64,000 bases of DNA, taken from positions 1,571,923-1,635,922 of the forward strand of contig OZ251240.1 in assembly GCA_965240325.2 (NCBI GenBank), given 5' to 3'. Position 1 is the first letter of the stretch; every line of letters starts with the position of its first letter. A model generated the notes under the pieces. The model saw only the letters and a list, made by a program, of their open reading frames with translations. It made no database searches and was not told where the DNA came from. The DNA is from Rebecca billardiae RCC1528 (lineage: Eukaryota; Protista; Haptophyta). Positions 24,412-35,497 of the stretch are shown here, in pieces. The translations under genes were made by a program, and so were the position numbers.

Positions 24412-26163
24412 ATGGCGGCCGCGGTGGCACGTCGCTGCTGGCGCGCCCTCGCGCACCCCGCCGCGGGGTGCGGCCGACGAGCCGCGCTCTCGGGCGTGGG
24501 CGGCACGCACCGAGCCCTCGCGTCGCCGCCGAACGCCTCGCCCGCCGCCGCCGCCGAGCGCGGCGCCGAGCCGGCCGCGCCGCTCCCGCCGCCCGTCGCC
24601 GCGCGCGGGCCTGCGGGCTGGGCGGACGTGCTCGCCGCGCGGCTCGCGGCGGTGGCGCACGACGACACCGCCGCGGCCGACGCGGCGCGCGCGGACACGC
24701 GCCGCGACGCCGCCGCCGCCGGCCACGCCGACGCGCCCGCGCTGCACTCCGCGCTGATCCGCTCGCTCGTGCGCGAGCAAAGGCCCGAGGCGGCGTGGGC
24801 GGCGTTCGACGCGGCGCGGCGCGAGGGCGTGCGGCACGACGCGCGCGCGCACACCGCGCTCGTGCAGGCGTGCGCGCTCACCGACGAGGTGGAGAAGGCG
24901 GAGAACATTCTCAACGCGATGCAGGCGGACGGCCTGTGGCCGCCGCCGCCCGTCGCGTGCGCGCCGCGCGCGCCGCGCGCGCGCCGCGCGCGCCGCCGCG
25001 ACTCCGCCTCGGCCGCTCTGCTCACGCGCCCGCGCGCGCGCCGCGCCCCGCGCCGCGCCAGCTACGACAACCTGCTCTTCTGCTACGCCGCGCGCGCGGC
25101 CTCGCTCGGCGCGCTGCCCGCCGAGCGCAAGCGCGAGCTGCGTCGACTTTGCATCCCGACGGAACCCGAGTCGGTGGTGGAGCGCGCGCTGGGCGTGCTG
25201 CGGCGGATGCGCGCGGAGGGGCTGCACGCGAGCCCGACCACGCACCTCGCGCTCCTCCGCGTGCTCGCCGCCGCCGCCCAGCCGCGCCGCGCGCAGGCCG
25301 TGCTCCTCTGCCTGCTGCAGGCGCGCGCGCCGCTCGGCGAGGCGCACTTTGCGTGCGCGATCGACGCGTGCGGCCGCGCGGCGCGCCCGGGGCAGCCGGG
25401 CTCGGAGGAGCTGCTGGCGCAGGCGCGCGGCATCCTCGACGCGATCCCGCTCGCGCTCGGCGTGCCCGCGCCCGGCGTGCGCGCCGTGCGCGCCGTGCTG
25501 CGCGCGTACGCCACCGCGCTCCGGCTGCACCGCGCGCGCCAGTGGCTCTACTCAGGTGGGTATTCGGAGTACGGGCTGACGCCGAGCGCGGAGTGCTACG
25601 CGGTGCTCGTGCGCATGTGCCGCGAGGCGGTGCGGCCCGACCTCGCGCTCGAGGTGCTCGCGCACGCCCGCGCCGCCGGCGTGCCCCTCTGCCCGCCCGG
25701 CGGCGGCGCGCTCGCCGCCGAGGTCGGCCGCGGCCTCCGCGCCGACCTGGCCGCGCTCGGCGCGCGCTGGGCGCTCGGCAGCGAGCTCGGCCCGGACGGC
25801 GCGGCGCGCTCGTTCGCCGCGGCGCGCGCGCTGCTGCGGCTGGGCGAGGAGGCGGCGCGCCACCCCGGGCTCGACGCCGCCGCGCGCAGCCTCGCCGACG
25901 CCGCCGCGCGCGCCGAGCGCGCCGCGCTCGCGCCCGGCGCGGCGGGCGCGGGCCGCGCGCAGCTGCTCGGCGCCGACGTCGACACGGTCGGCGGCTCGGC
26001 GCGCTCGCGGCGCTGGCTCGCGCGCGAGCTGGGCGCGGGCGGCGGCGGCGCGGAGGGCGAGCCGGGCGGGCTCGCGCCGGCGCGGCAGCCGCGCGCGCCC
26101 GAGCGGGGTGGCGGCGGCGGCGGCGGCCGCGGCGCCAGCAGCGTCGGCGGCGCCGATCGATGA
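24412..26163 (+). CDS. Pentatricopeptide-repeat (PPR) protein, probably mitochondrial
   Basis: Predicted join(24412..24956,25062..26163) with an in-frame 105-nt GTGCGC...CCAG intron. 35-aa PPR-like units (HSALIRSLVREQRPEAAWAAFDAARREGV; HTALVQACALTDEVEKAENILNAMQADGL). Arg-rich N-terminus lacking acidic residues. Confidence 0.75.
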   Translation: MAAAVARRCWRALAHPAAGCGRRAALSGVGGTHRALASPPNASPAAAAERGAEPAAPLPPPVAARGPAGWADVLAARLAAVAHDDTAAADAARADTRRDAAAAGHADAPALHSALIRSLVREQRPEAAWAAFDAARREGVRHDARAHTALVQACALTDEVEKAENILNAMQADGLWPPPPVACAPRAPRARRARRRDSASAALLTRPRARRAPRRASYDNLLFCYAARAASLGALPAERKRELRRLCIPTEPESVVERALGVLRRMRAEGLHASPTTHLALLRVLAAAAQPRRAQAVLLCLLQARAPLGEAHFACAIDACGRAARPGQPGSEELLAQARGILDAIPLALGVPAPGVRAVRAVLRAYATALRLHRARQWLYSGGYSEYGLTPSAECYAVLVRMCREAVRPDLALEVLAHARAAGVPLCPPGGGALAAEVGRGLRADLAALGARWALGSELGPDGAARSFAAARALLRLGEEAARHPGLDAAARSLADAAARAERAALAPGAAGAGRAQLLGADVDTVGGSARSRRWLARELGAGGGGAEGEPGGLAPARQPRAPERGGGGGGGRGASSVGGADR

Positions 26164-26569
26164 CGATGACAAGCGGCGGCGGCGGCGCTTCTGCCGGCTG
26201 CGGCCGACGTACGCAGCGCGTCACGACTCTCACTCACCACTGTCTAGATCTAGCAGTGCCACTACTAGTAATACTGTGCGGCACCGTACATACAGCGCAG
26301 CCCATGCATACTATGATACGCCATCAATACGGCTGACGATACAGTCTGATACTTGGGACGGTCGGCCCAGTGGCCGCCAGCGACCGTTTCGATCATATCG
26401 GTCCTTCACCTAAGTTGTCCCGACGAGCTGCTGCCGCGCCGTGCTCACCGGCCAAGGACTGCCAGTGGCCGACCGGTACAAAAGCGATGACTCGCCGGGC
26501 TGCGCCAAACCCACAGGGCCCTTCCGCTTACAATATTGGCCAACCGTCGTCGCGTCGGCCAGGACCGCG

Positions 26570-27997
26570 ATGACCTCGATCGCGATGATGATGCCACTAC
26601 CGGCGTCCGCGCGGCAGCTGACCGACCTGCCGCCCGAGCTCGTCGCGCGCATCCTCGCCCACCTCGATGGCACGCGTGACCTCGCCGCCGCCAACGCCGC
26701 CGCTCGCCTCTTCCGCGGCGCGCTCGAGCACGCGCTGCGCGAGCGCGCGCGCGCGCGCGGCGGGCACGAGGCCGCGCTGCCGGCGAGGCTGCCCGGCGGC
26801 GCGTCCACGTGGGCGGAGGAGCTGCTCGCGCGGGAGCGTGTGCTCGAGCTCGCCCACGCCCACGCGCACGTCGTGGCTGTCGCCGCAGACCCTATGGTGG
26901 TGACTACTTGCAGCGCGTTTGTCGACGCGGATGGCGGCGTGCACACGTGCGGCGCACCGCTGGGCCATCCCGAGCTCAGCATGGAGGCGCGCGTGCGCGC
27001 GCCGACGCGCGTGGGCTCACTGGAGGCGGTGCGCGTGTGCGCAGTGGCTGCCGGCCACTACCACCTGCTCGCGCTGAGCGAGTCGGGCGCCGTGTACGCG
27101 TGCGGCAAAAACAGCTTTGGCCAGCTGGGCGTGGGCGACACGGCTGAGCGACGGGCGTTCGTGCAGGTGGTGGCGCTGGGTGCGGAGCTCGTCGTCGGCA
27201 TTTGCGCCGGCGACGGGCGCAGCCTCGCGCTCACGACTGCTGGCGTGGCGTACAGCTGGGGCCATAACGAATACGGCAAGCTCGGCCACGGCGACACGGA
27301 GCACCGGCTGGAGCCGACGCGCATCGGGGCGCTGGACGGCGTGCGCGTGGGCGGTGTGTCCGCGGGCGGTATGCACACGCTGCTGCTCTCGGCGTGCGGC
27401 GCCGTGTACTCGTGCGGCTGGGGCAACTATGGCCAGCTCGGCCACGGTGGCCAGCAGGATCAGCACACGCCGAGGCGCATCGAGGCGCTCGCTGGCGTGC
27501 GCGCCGTGCATGTGAGCGCTGGCAGTGTGCACAGCCTGGTGGCGGACGCAGCGGGCGGCGTGCACTCCTTCGGAGGCGGTCATTTGGGCGTGCTCGGCCA
27601 CGGCGACGAGGTGAGTCGCCGTATGCCCACGCGCATCGAAGCGCTGGCTGGTGTGCGTGCCGTGCGCGCCCGCGCGGGCGGTTGCACCAGCGCGGTGGTG
27701 TGCGCGGACGGCAGCGTGCACACGTTTGGGTTCAACGACTACGGCCAGCTGGGGCTGGGGGACCGAGTGCATCGCACGCTGCCCGAGCGGGTGGAGGGGC
27801 TCGTGCATGCGCGCGTGGTCGACTGCTCGCTTGGCGATGCCCACACCTTCTACGTCACCGCGGACGGCGGCGTGCACGCGTGCGGCAGGCGTTCGTGCGC
27901 GCTCGGCCTGGGCGTGGGCGACGATGGCGGACCGCAGCCAACGCCGCAGCAGGTGGTGCAGCTGCCGCCCCTGATGCGGCGCTGTGGGCTGCGCTGA
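26570..27997 (+). CDS. F-box + RCC1-repeat protein
   Basis: F-box-like LTDLPPELVARILAHL, then repeated RCC1 units (VAAGHYHLLALSESGAVYACGKNSFGQLG; VYSCGWGNYGQLGHG; VHTFGFNDYGQLGLG). Confidence 0.9.
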   Translation: MTSIAMMMPLPASARQLTDLPPELVARILAHLDGTRDLAAANAAARLFRGALEHALRERARARGGHEAALPARLPGGASTWAEELLARERVLELAHAHAHVVAVAADPMVVTTCSAFVDADGGVHTCGAPLGHPELSMEARVRAPTRVGSLEAVRVCAVAAGHYHLLALSESGAVYACGKNSFGQLGVGDTAERRAFVQVVALGAELVVGICAGDGRSLALTTAGVAYSWGHNEYGKLGHGDTEHRLEPTRIGALDGVRVGGVSAGGMHTLLLSACGAVYSCGWGNYGQLGHGGQQDQHTPRRIEALAGVRAVHVSAGSVHSLVADAAGGVHSFGGGHLGVLGHGDEVSRRMPTRIEALAGVRAVRARAGGCTSAVVCADGSVHTFGFNDYGQLGLGDRVHRTLPERVEGLVHARVVDCSLGDAHTFYVTADGGVHACGRRSCALGLGVGDDGGPQPTPQQVVQLPPLMRRCGLR

Positions 27998-28025
27998 GCG
28001 CGCCGCCAGTGGTGGGTGCACGCGC

Positions 28026-28296
28026 GCGCCCGCGCCGCCGGTGTGCGCCTCTGCCCGCCCGGCGGCGGCGCGCTCGCCGCCGAGGTCGGCCGCGGCCTGC
28101 GCGCCGACCTGGCCGCGCTCGGCGCGCGCTCGGCGCTCGGCAGCGAGCTCGGCCCGGACGGCGCGGCGCGCTCGTTCGCCGCGGCGCGCGCGCTGCTGCG
28201 GCTGGGCGAGGAGGCGGCGCGCCACCCCGGGCTCGACGCCGCCGCGCGCAGCCTCGCCGACGCCGCCGCGCGCGCCGAGCGCGCCGCGCTCGCGCC
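28026..28296 (+). pseudogene. Duplicated internal fragment of the upstream PPR gene
   Basis: ~270 bp nearly identical to 25665-25935 (encodes ...CPPGGGALAAEVGRGLRADLAALG...AERAALAP). It lacks the start of the gene. Confidence 0.9.
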
Positions 28297-29083
28297 CGCG
28301 CCCGGCGCAGACCGCGGTCGTAACTTTTGATGCATCATTAGGCGGTGGTATGGCGGGCCGTAGGTCCGCCCCTTGTAGTGCCCGGGAAAAAGATAAGAAA
28401 AAGAAAAATAAAAAAGAAAATCGCCTCGCAAAGAAAAGAAAATCGCCTCGCTCACTGCCGGGTCGCTTCGCTCACTACCGGGCGCCCTCGCAGCTCCCAC
28501 TGGGGACGCTCGGCCGAAAAAGAGTTGCGTCATGGCGCGGAGCGCATGGGCGGCGCGCGCCAAATCCAACGCCGGCGCGGACATCGTGAGAGGACTCCCG
28601 AGGGGGGTTTTCGCCCGATTTGCGATTGCTGCCCTCGTCGTCTCGCGTGCAGGTCGAACGGGGGCGAAATCGACGCGTTTGGAGCGGTACGCTCGGCGCG
28701 TCGACACGATCGTGCGACCTGGGGCGGTCCTCGCCTGACTTGCACGTCGAGCGCTCGCACCGGCCATAGTAGCAAGCGCTGCGCATGACAGCCACCTCGC
28801 GTGATCCACCGTCGCGCGTCGGGCTCGGTGCGAGAAACCCCTCATCACGAGGCGTCTCGCGGGCGGGAAGCGCCATCGCACGCGACGCAAGATTTGGCGC
28901 GGCCTTCTGAACTCGATCGCCGGAATCCGCGCACCGGACTGTCGCGTGCCACAACTTCTCAAGGAACGGGCGCATGCAAATCCGTTTGCGTACAAGACCC
29001 GGTAGCGATCATCTTTCGCGATCGCGGCCAAAGATCGCTCGGCGCTCGCGGTCCCTCTAGCCGAAAACCCACGTCCGGCCTGC

Positions 29084-29626
29084 ATGGCGTCGACGGTGGC
29101 CAATGCGACGGAGGCGCAGCGCAAAGCGGCGTACGAGGCGCACCGCACGCACCTGCTGGGTCTGCCGCCGTGGCAGGAATTGCGTCTTCGCGAGTCGACG
29201 ACTGAGGCGACAGCGCGATACAACCGTTCCAGGGCGCTCACTCGCAAAGAGATGCAACGTCGCGCGTGCAAGATCGCCGCGCCATCCTCCACCATGGCAC
29301 GGGCGCTGCGGGACGAGGCCGACGTCGTGAAGCCAGTGGCACATGCGCTGCGCTTCATGTGCCTGCTCGAGCAGCTCGTGCCCACCCTCGATCGCGAGTG
29401 GCACACGCTCTCGCACTGCGCGCGCGCGCACCACCGAGAGCTCCTGATACCGCCGAACGTGCGAGTGCCGGACCTGGCGCGCGGAGCGGCGAGCGCCGAC
29501 GAGCGCTTGGACCTGGACGCGCTGTTGCGCAGCGTGGCGGCCGTGCACGACGCCGACGCGACCTTCGCCGAGCCCATCGTGCCCGGAGCGGACATTGGCA
29601 TCCTGGCGACACACGATCTCAGCTAA
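29084..29626 (+). CDS. Hypothetical 180-aa protein
   Basis: ATG-initiated ORF with protein-like composition rather than the Arg/Ala/Pro bias of shadow frames. No recognisable motif. Followed by (GAGAGACA)x3. Confidence 0.35.
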   Translation: MASTVANATEAQRKAAYEAHRTHLLGLPPWQELRLRESTTEATARYNRSRALTRKEMQRRACKIAAPSSTMARALRDEADVVKPVAHALRFMCLLEQLVPTLDREWHTLSHCARAHHRELLIPPNVRVPDLARGAASADERLDLDALLRSVAAVHDADATFAEPIVPGADIGILATHDLS

Positions 29627-30239
29627 ATCAACATAGAGAGACAGAGAGACAGAGAGACAGAATTCGGTAGGATGCACTAACTTCCAGACGACCTGAACAA
29701 ATGAATCATGACATCACACTCCGCCACAACTTGAACTGTTTTCGTGTTTAGCTCCGAGAACAAACCGTCACCGTCAGGCGTACACGAGCACGCCGCCGTC
29801 GCACGGCAAGGCCGAGTTGGCAGTGCGTGCGCGCAGTCGAAGGCTCGGCACGATGACGAGTAGCGCAGTGGGTGCACGAATACACGCGCAATCACACTGT
29901 CGGCGAGCTCGCACCAGAGTCATCTGTCGCGTTATTATTCGTATCAGTGCCGTCGGGTAGCTCACCATCATCTGTATGTCGCATTGTTATTATTCGTCAT
30001 CCTGCCCGTCAATCCGCTAAAAGACGCGAACCCGCTGGGGAAATATTGCGACAGCACTGGCACGGCCCGCCGACCCCCCGCCCGCCAGGGCAGAGTTTTA
30101 TTTTTGTAAGCCCCTTGTCATTAGTCCATCGTCACGCCGAAGATTCCCGCCCTGCACGCTGTGACTGTGTGCGTCTCTTGTTCATCTCAGTAATAGACTG
30201 CTGTACATCATCATGCATGCAGCGCATATATAGTACTTA

Positions 30240-31262
30240 TTCTGGTGAACACAGCTTTAAACAATTTTAATTCGTGAGAAAGCCCTGGGAGACCCAGCTC
30301 CGACCCCCTTTAATTGTGTGTGACGTACTGATGGGGAGAGTAATACCGGAGTAGGAATACGAAGAATGGGGCCTCAAACGTTTTTTGATTAGGCACGCCT
30401 CGGGAATCGAGAACGCACTTGGTTAATTTTTGCGCCAATTAGGGCACGCCTCGGGAATCGAAGCGCATGTGGTTAATTTTTGCGCGCGCCGCATAGAGAT
30501 GTCGTTGCGATTCCCACAAATCTGGCGGCGATCTTAGCGGTACCCCCTTCTTACCCAGTTCATACCGCCTATACAATACGGTAACGGTACGGACCTGGCG
30601 CGCCTCGCCGTGCACCCGCACGAGGCCACGCCCCCCGGCGCGCGCGCGCCCGCGGCCTCGCACCCAAACTGCGAGACGCCGGCAGCGCTCGACGCGTGCC
30701 TCGCGCAGCGCGGCTGGCGAGCACGCTGAACGGCGTGGACGAGGCGCGCAACGCGGAGCGCCGCGAGGGTCACGCCGCGCGTCGAGCCGAACCGCGCGCG
30801 GCGCGCGAGGCCGCCGCGACCGACGCGGTCGCGCGCCATCTGGGCGTCCGGCGGCAGCAGCGCGCACGACGTGCGGACTGCAGTTGCTGCACGACTACCA
30901 CGCGTCGATGGCCGACGCGCGCACGCACGGCGTGATCGGTGCGTGCCGTTGCCGTGCCGCCGTGCCCGAGCGGCCGTGCGCAGCGACGACTGCATCGACT
31001 GCATCGACGCGCGCCTCGCTGGCGCCTCGGTGGGCCTTGCAGAACTGGGAGAGCCACGCTGCCGCACCTGGCTAATGGCTAAATCGCACACGCGACGCGC
31101 GAAGACGCGGCAGCTTGGATGATACCGTTAGTCAGCGCTGAACGGCCAACTCGTCTCATCGTCGTCGGGTCTGCCGGCCCTGGCAAGCTTCTCCGTCGCG
31201 TCCTAGACGCGCTGTGTTCGACCAGCCCCACCGGGAAAAGGCCGCTAGGCCCCCGCTGTTTT
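30240..31262 (+). mobile_element. Repetitive element family B, copy 1 (no TIRs)
   Basis: The first ~180 bp (TTCTGGTGAACACAGCTTTAAAC...) are near-identical to 35498ff, and the last ~320 bp match 36445-36754. Internal ~50-bp tandem duplication at 30388-30487. Confidence 0.75.
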
Positions 31263-31630
31263 TCGGTATGATGATGATTCGGCATCATGCGGGTGAGTGG
31301 TCTCATCAGTCTGTGGTACGGTACTAGTGTAGTTAGTACTCTGAGTAGTATCCGCCTATATCCGGACGCCAATCCGAACTGTCACCATCAATTGCTCATT
31401 TATTTATCATTTGCCGGACCCAGTGGCGATGAACGAGGCTTGCTTCGTCAAGACAAGTCAGGGCTAAACTTTACTCAATACTGGCGACGAGTGGCGGAGC
31501 CGCGCTGATGATCAGTACTAGTAGCAGTGAACTGCACAGGCGCGGCGCCGCTTATATCCCGCCCCGCAGAGTCGGATTGATGACCGCCCGATCACGGTTA
31601 ACCGCGGATCCTGAGCGTGTGTCTGCTGTG

Positions 31631-33726
31631 ATGCCGACGTCCCGACCGCCCGCGTCGCTCACCGCCTTGGTCCTGGCGCTGCTCGCAGCGTGCCTCGCGG
31701 TCCCGGCCGCCTGCTTCGAGTTCGCCATGGGCGGCTGCGGCGGCCCCGCGTGCGCCATCCTCGGCACGGGCGAGACCAAGTGCTGGGGGACAGGCACGTA
31801 CGGACGGCACGGCCTCGAGGACACCGAGAACCGCGGCGGCCAGCCCGGCGAGATGGGCAACAACCTGACGGCGGTCGACCTGGGCACGGGGCGCACGGTG
31901 AAGCAGCTCTACTCGACGATGGAGGAGAGCGCCTGCGCGCTCCTCGACAACGGCGACTTCAAGTGCTGGGGCAGTGCGAGGAACGGCCGCCTCGGGACCG
32001 GCGACACCGTCGACCGAGGCGACGTCAATGGCACGATGGGCGACAGGCTGCCGGCCATCGAGCTGCCGTCCGGCACGGCCGTCGTGAAGGCGGCCGTCGG
32101 CGAGAAGGCGCGGTGCCTCCTCCTCGACGACACCACCACCCGATGCTTCGGCTATGCGAAGTGGCTCGGCCTCGGCCTGGCCTCCGCAACCACGCAGAGC
32201 GTCGGCGACGACCCGCGCGAGATGGGCAACAACCTGACGGCCATCGACTTTGGGGCGGGGCGATACGCCGTGGACATCTACGCCGGCACGGCTGCGTTCT
32301 GCGCCATCCTCGACGACCGGTCCCTCAAGTGCTGGGGCGACAACCCGAAAGGCAATCTCGGCTACGACGATCGCAACGACCGCGGCGCGGACGTGAGACC
32401 AGGGTGCGCCACCTGCCATCTCATGGGCGACACGCTCCCGGCCGTCAACCTGGGCAGGAACTGGACGGTGAAGAGGATGGAGCTCTCCCAGGTGCACACC
32501 TGCGCGATCCTCGACAACGGCGGTCTCAAGTGCTGGGGGGAGGGCTGCGACGGCGGGCTCGGCTACGAAGACGGCCAAGATCGCGGCGACGGGTGGGACG
32601 GCGACTTCATGGGCGACAGGCTGCCCTTCGTCGACCTGGGCAAGAACAGGACGGCCGTCGCGCTGAGCCTCGCGGCGCCCTCCTGTGGCACGACGTGCGT
32701 GCTGCGCGACGACGGCTCGTACGTGTGCTGGGGCGACAACACGTACGGCATTCTCATGACTGGCGACACCAAGGAACGCGGCGACGAGCCGGGGCACATG
32801 GGCGACGCCCTCCAGCCCATCTACCTGGGCAGGCACCCGTCCGACCCGAGCGGGCGCAACCGGACGGTCTGCAAGTTCGAGATGGGCGAGGAGACCAACT
32901 GCGTGCTCATCGACGACTGCACCTTCGCGTGCGTCGGCGGCTGGGAGCACCTCGCCCAGGGCGACCAGGTGAACCGCGGCGGCGTGCCGGGCGAGCTCGG
33001 CGACGGCCTGCTGCCCATCGACCTGGGCGACGGCGCCCTCAGCAAGTGCCGATCGGGTGAGGATCTGTGCTTCCTGCAGGCGTTCCAGGACTCACCGCCA
33101 CCGTCCCCGCCGAGCCCGCCGCCGGACCCGCCGGGCCCACCGCCCTCGCCGCCGCCGCAGCCGCCGCCGAGCCCGCCGCCGAGCGCGCCGCCGTCGCAGC
33201 CGCCGCCGAGCCCGCCGTGGAGCCCACCGCCGCCCAGCTCGCCGCCGCCCAGCCCGCCGCCCAGCCCGCCGCCCAGCCCGCCGCTGCCGCCGTCGCCGCC
33301 GCCGAGCCCGCCGCCGCCACTGGAGCCACTGCCGCCGCCGTCCCCGCCGCCGCTGCCGCCGCCCACGCCGCCGCCGAGCCCGCCGCCGCCGCCGCCGCCG
33401 AGCCCGCCGCCCGCGCCGCCGCCGAGCCCGCCGCCAGCGCCGCCGCCGCTGCCGCCGCCGCCGCCGCCACCGTCGCCGCCGCCGCCATTCGCATGCGGGT
33501 CGATGTGCTTCTTCACGGTGCGCGCCACCGCCGCGCGCCACCGCGCGCCCTCGTGCCCGCCGCCTGCTCTGCGCAGTCCGCCGCTATGCTCTGCTGCACT
33601 GCGCGCAACTCTGCGCGAGCTGCGCGCGAGGTGCGCCTACATCACCTCCCGCGCGGCGTGTGTGTGCGCCCGCAGGTGCTCGCCTCCCTGTACAGGGTGG
33701 GGTGCGGCATCCTAGGCCTGTGCTGA
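31631..33726 (+). CDS. Secreted RCC1/BLIP-II-like beta-propeller protein with Ser-Pro(n) extensin-like stalk and hydrophobic C-terminus
   Basis: Predicted join(31631..33517,33676..33726). Signal peptide, then ~5-6 repeats of CAILDxGxLKCWGxxxxGxLGxxDxxDRGDxxGxMGDxLxxxDLG, an SPPP-rich tract at ~33092-33486, and a spliced C-terminus FACGSMCFFTVLASLYRVGCGILGLC. Confidence 0.82.
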
Positions 33727-33841
33727 CGGTATGTCTGATGCGCGGGTACCGCGCCGCGGAATCGTCGATCATCAGAACTATAGTTAGCGCACGCGCGCGG
33801 GTTCCTGTCGACACAGGTCAATATGACGACGGTCCGCCCGC

Positions 33842-33846
<5 letters not shown>

Positions 33847-33907
<61 letters not shown>

Positions 33908-33921
33908 CATATACATATATT
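33847..33921. repeat. (TA)n microsatellite with CA interruptions
   Basis: Seen directly in the sequence. Confidence 0.95.
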
Positions 33922-34171
33922 ATTACCTGACGAGCAGAGCAGAATGGGGGGTCGGCACCTGGTCGTCGCCGCGTCGATCATCTGATGACTGGCCGACTTA
34001 GTACGTATGTCTGCTGATGACGATAGACCTAGCTAGCGGCGCCCGGCGAGGGCGCCGGCCAGAGCCTTGAGCCGCGCAGTGCCACTGCGACTGACTCTCC
34101 CGTCTCCTGCCCGGCCGGGACTCAGGCCGGGCGCCCGGCCGTGCGCACCGCGGTCGACCCGGACTGCTTTA

Positions 34172-34695
34172 CAGGCAATCGCGGGCAATAAGGAGCTGTC
34201 ACGTTAAGAAACTGGGGCTTGCTATCTGCGGATCTGGCCTAGAAACTGAGACTAGCGATTGGCTGGTTCGCTATACGCATAGTCACACTAAGAACCCGGG
34301 ACTACGTCGTCCAGGCTGACGAGTGGTCCGCCGAGGGCGAGGCGCAGTCGGCCCGTCGGGGACGCGGCGCGCGGCCCGACTACGAGTACAGGCCAAGTAG
34401 TCCCGACTTCTCCTGATGACTGACTCCTGGCGGCCAGTGCACCGCAGCATCATCCAGCATGCAACATCATGCCAGATTTGCTCCAAAAAGGCCCAAAACT
34501 TTCTTCGGCCTCGCCGGCCGGGCCTAAAGACTCAGCGGGGGGCTCTGCCCCCCTGCGCCCCCCGCGCCTGCGCGACAGGCGTACCTAGCTAAGAAACTGA
34601 GACTCCATAGGCGCTCAGGCTATACCGAACAGCTAAGAAACCGAGGCTAGCCGTGAGTAGATCTCTGCGGACTTCTTATTGCCCGCGATTGCCTG
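34172..34695. mobile_element. MITE, family D (524 bp)
   Basis: Perfect 21-bp TIR CAGGCAATCGCGGGCAATAAG / CTTATTGCCCGCGATTGCCTG. Left flank TA, right flank TC. Internal TAAGAAACTGAGACT-like motif repeated ~5 times. Confidence 0.88.
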
Positions 34696-34740
34696 TCGTA
34701 GTAGCTTGATGATGCCGGACTCGGCGCTGCTGACGATATA

Positions 34741-35497
34741 CAATCCCCTCAACAATTGCTTACCCTTGTGTTTGGCTGTCTACTATACCAGCTCAGTCAC
34801 TGTTTGAGGCCCACTGCTGCATGCTATCTGTTACTGCACCTATAGCCCTCACAGACCAGGTGGGTATGAGCTGGGCGGGTGTGTGGGCTGAGTCAGTCAG
34901 ATAAATTGAATGCAGGTGCACAACCGGCTGACGGGTGCTGCGCGGGGGTGCTGGACCACCACGAGGGCAGGCAGGGATGGAAATTCACCCCCTGAGCAGG
35001 CTGTGGGCTGGCTGGCTGGGAGTGTAGCAGCTGTATAGTGGGCCCTGGCGCTGCAGCTGGATGGCCTTTGATACTGCCTAGCAGCCAGCCTAGCAGCACA
35101 GCCTGGCGTGAGCAGTGCTGTTTCAGTGCGCAGGCCACGTCTCTGCGGGTGGTGGTCGGGGAATGGCCACCACAGTGCACCAGATGCACCTAGCCTGCCA
35201 GCGGCCCACCTGCTGATTGGGTATGCCCTGTAGCACAGCACACGAGGCTCCGCCGAAAATCAGCGGCGCGCTGTGCTACAAGCTGGGCTGAAAGGGGTGT
35301 GGGAGCCAGTCGAGAGCCTGTCGGCCACTGTCACGTCCGAGCTGGCCGGCTTCACGTGCTGCCCAGAGGAGTCCTCCAATTGTCACTCACCCGGCTGAAG
35401 TCATGATGGGTGGGTGCAGCTCGACCGAATGGAGAGTGCTGGGGCCGCAGGTGCCCGTCATGCAAGCCTATAGGGTAATTTATTGTTGAGAGGACTG
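34741..35497. mobile_element. Tc1/mariner-like MITE, family C copy 1 (757 bp)
   Basis: TIRs CA(A)TCCCCTCAACAAT ... ATTGTTGAGAGGACTG, preceded by TA. Near-identical inverted copy at 37658-38463. Confidence 0.88.

Noticed and set aside
274-33921. Apparent ~16.6-17 kb periodicity of three (TA)n tracts
   Set aside because: Only three points and no fourth near 50.8 kb. Better explained by their location in gene 3' intergenic regions.
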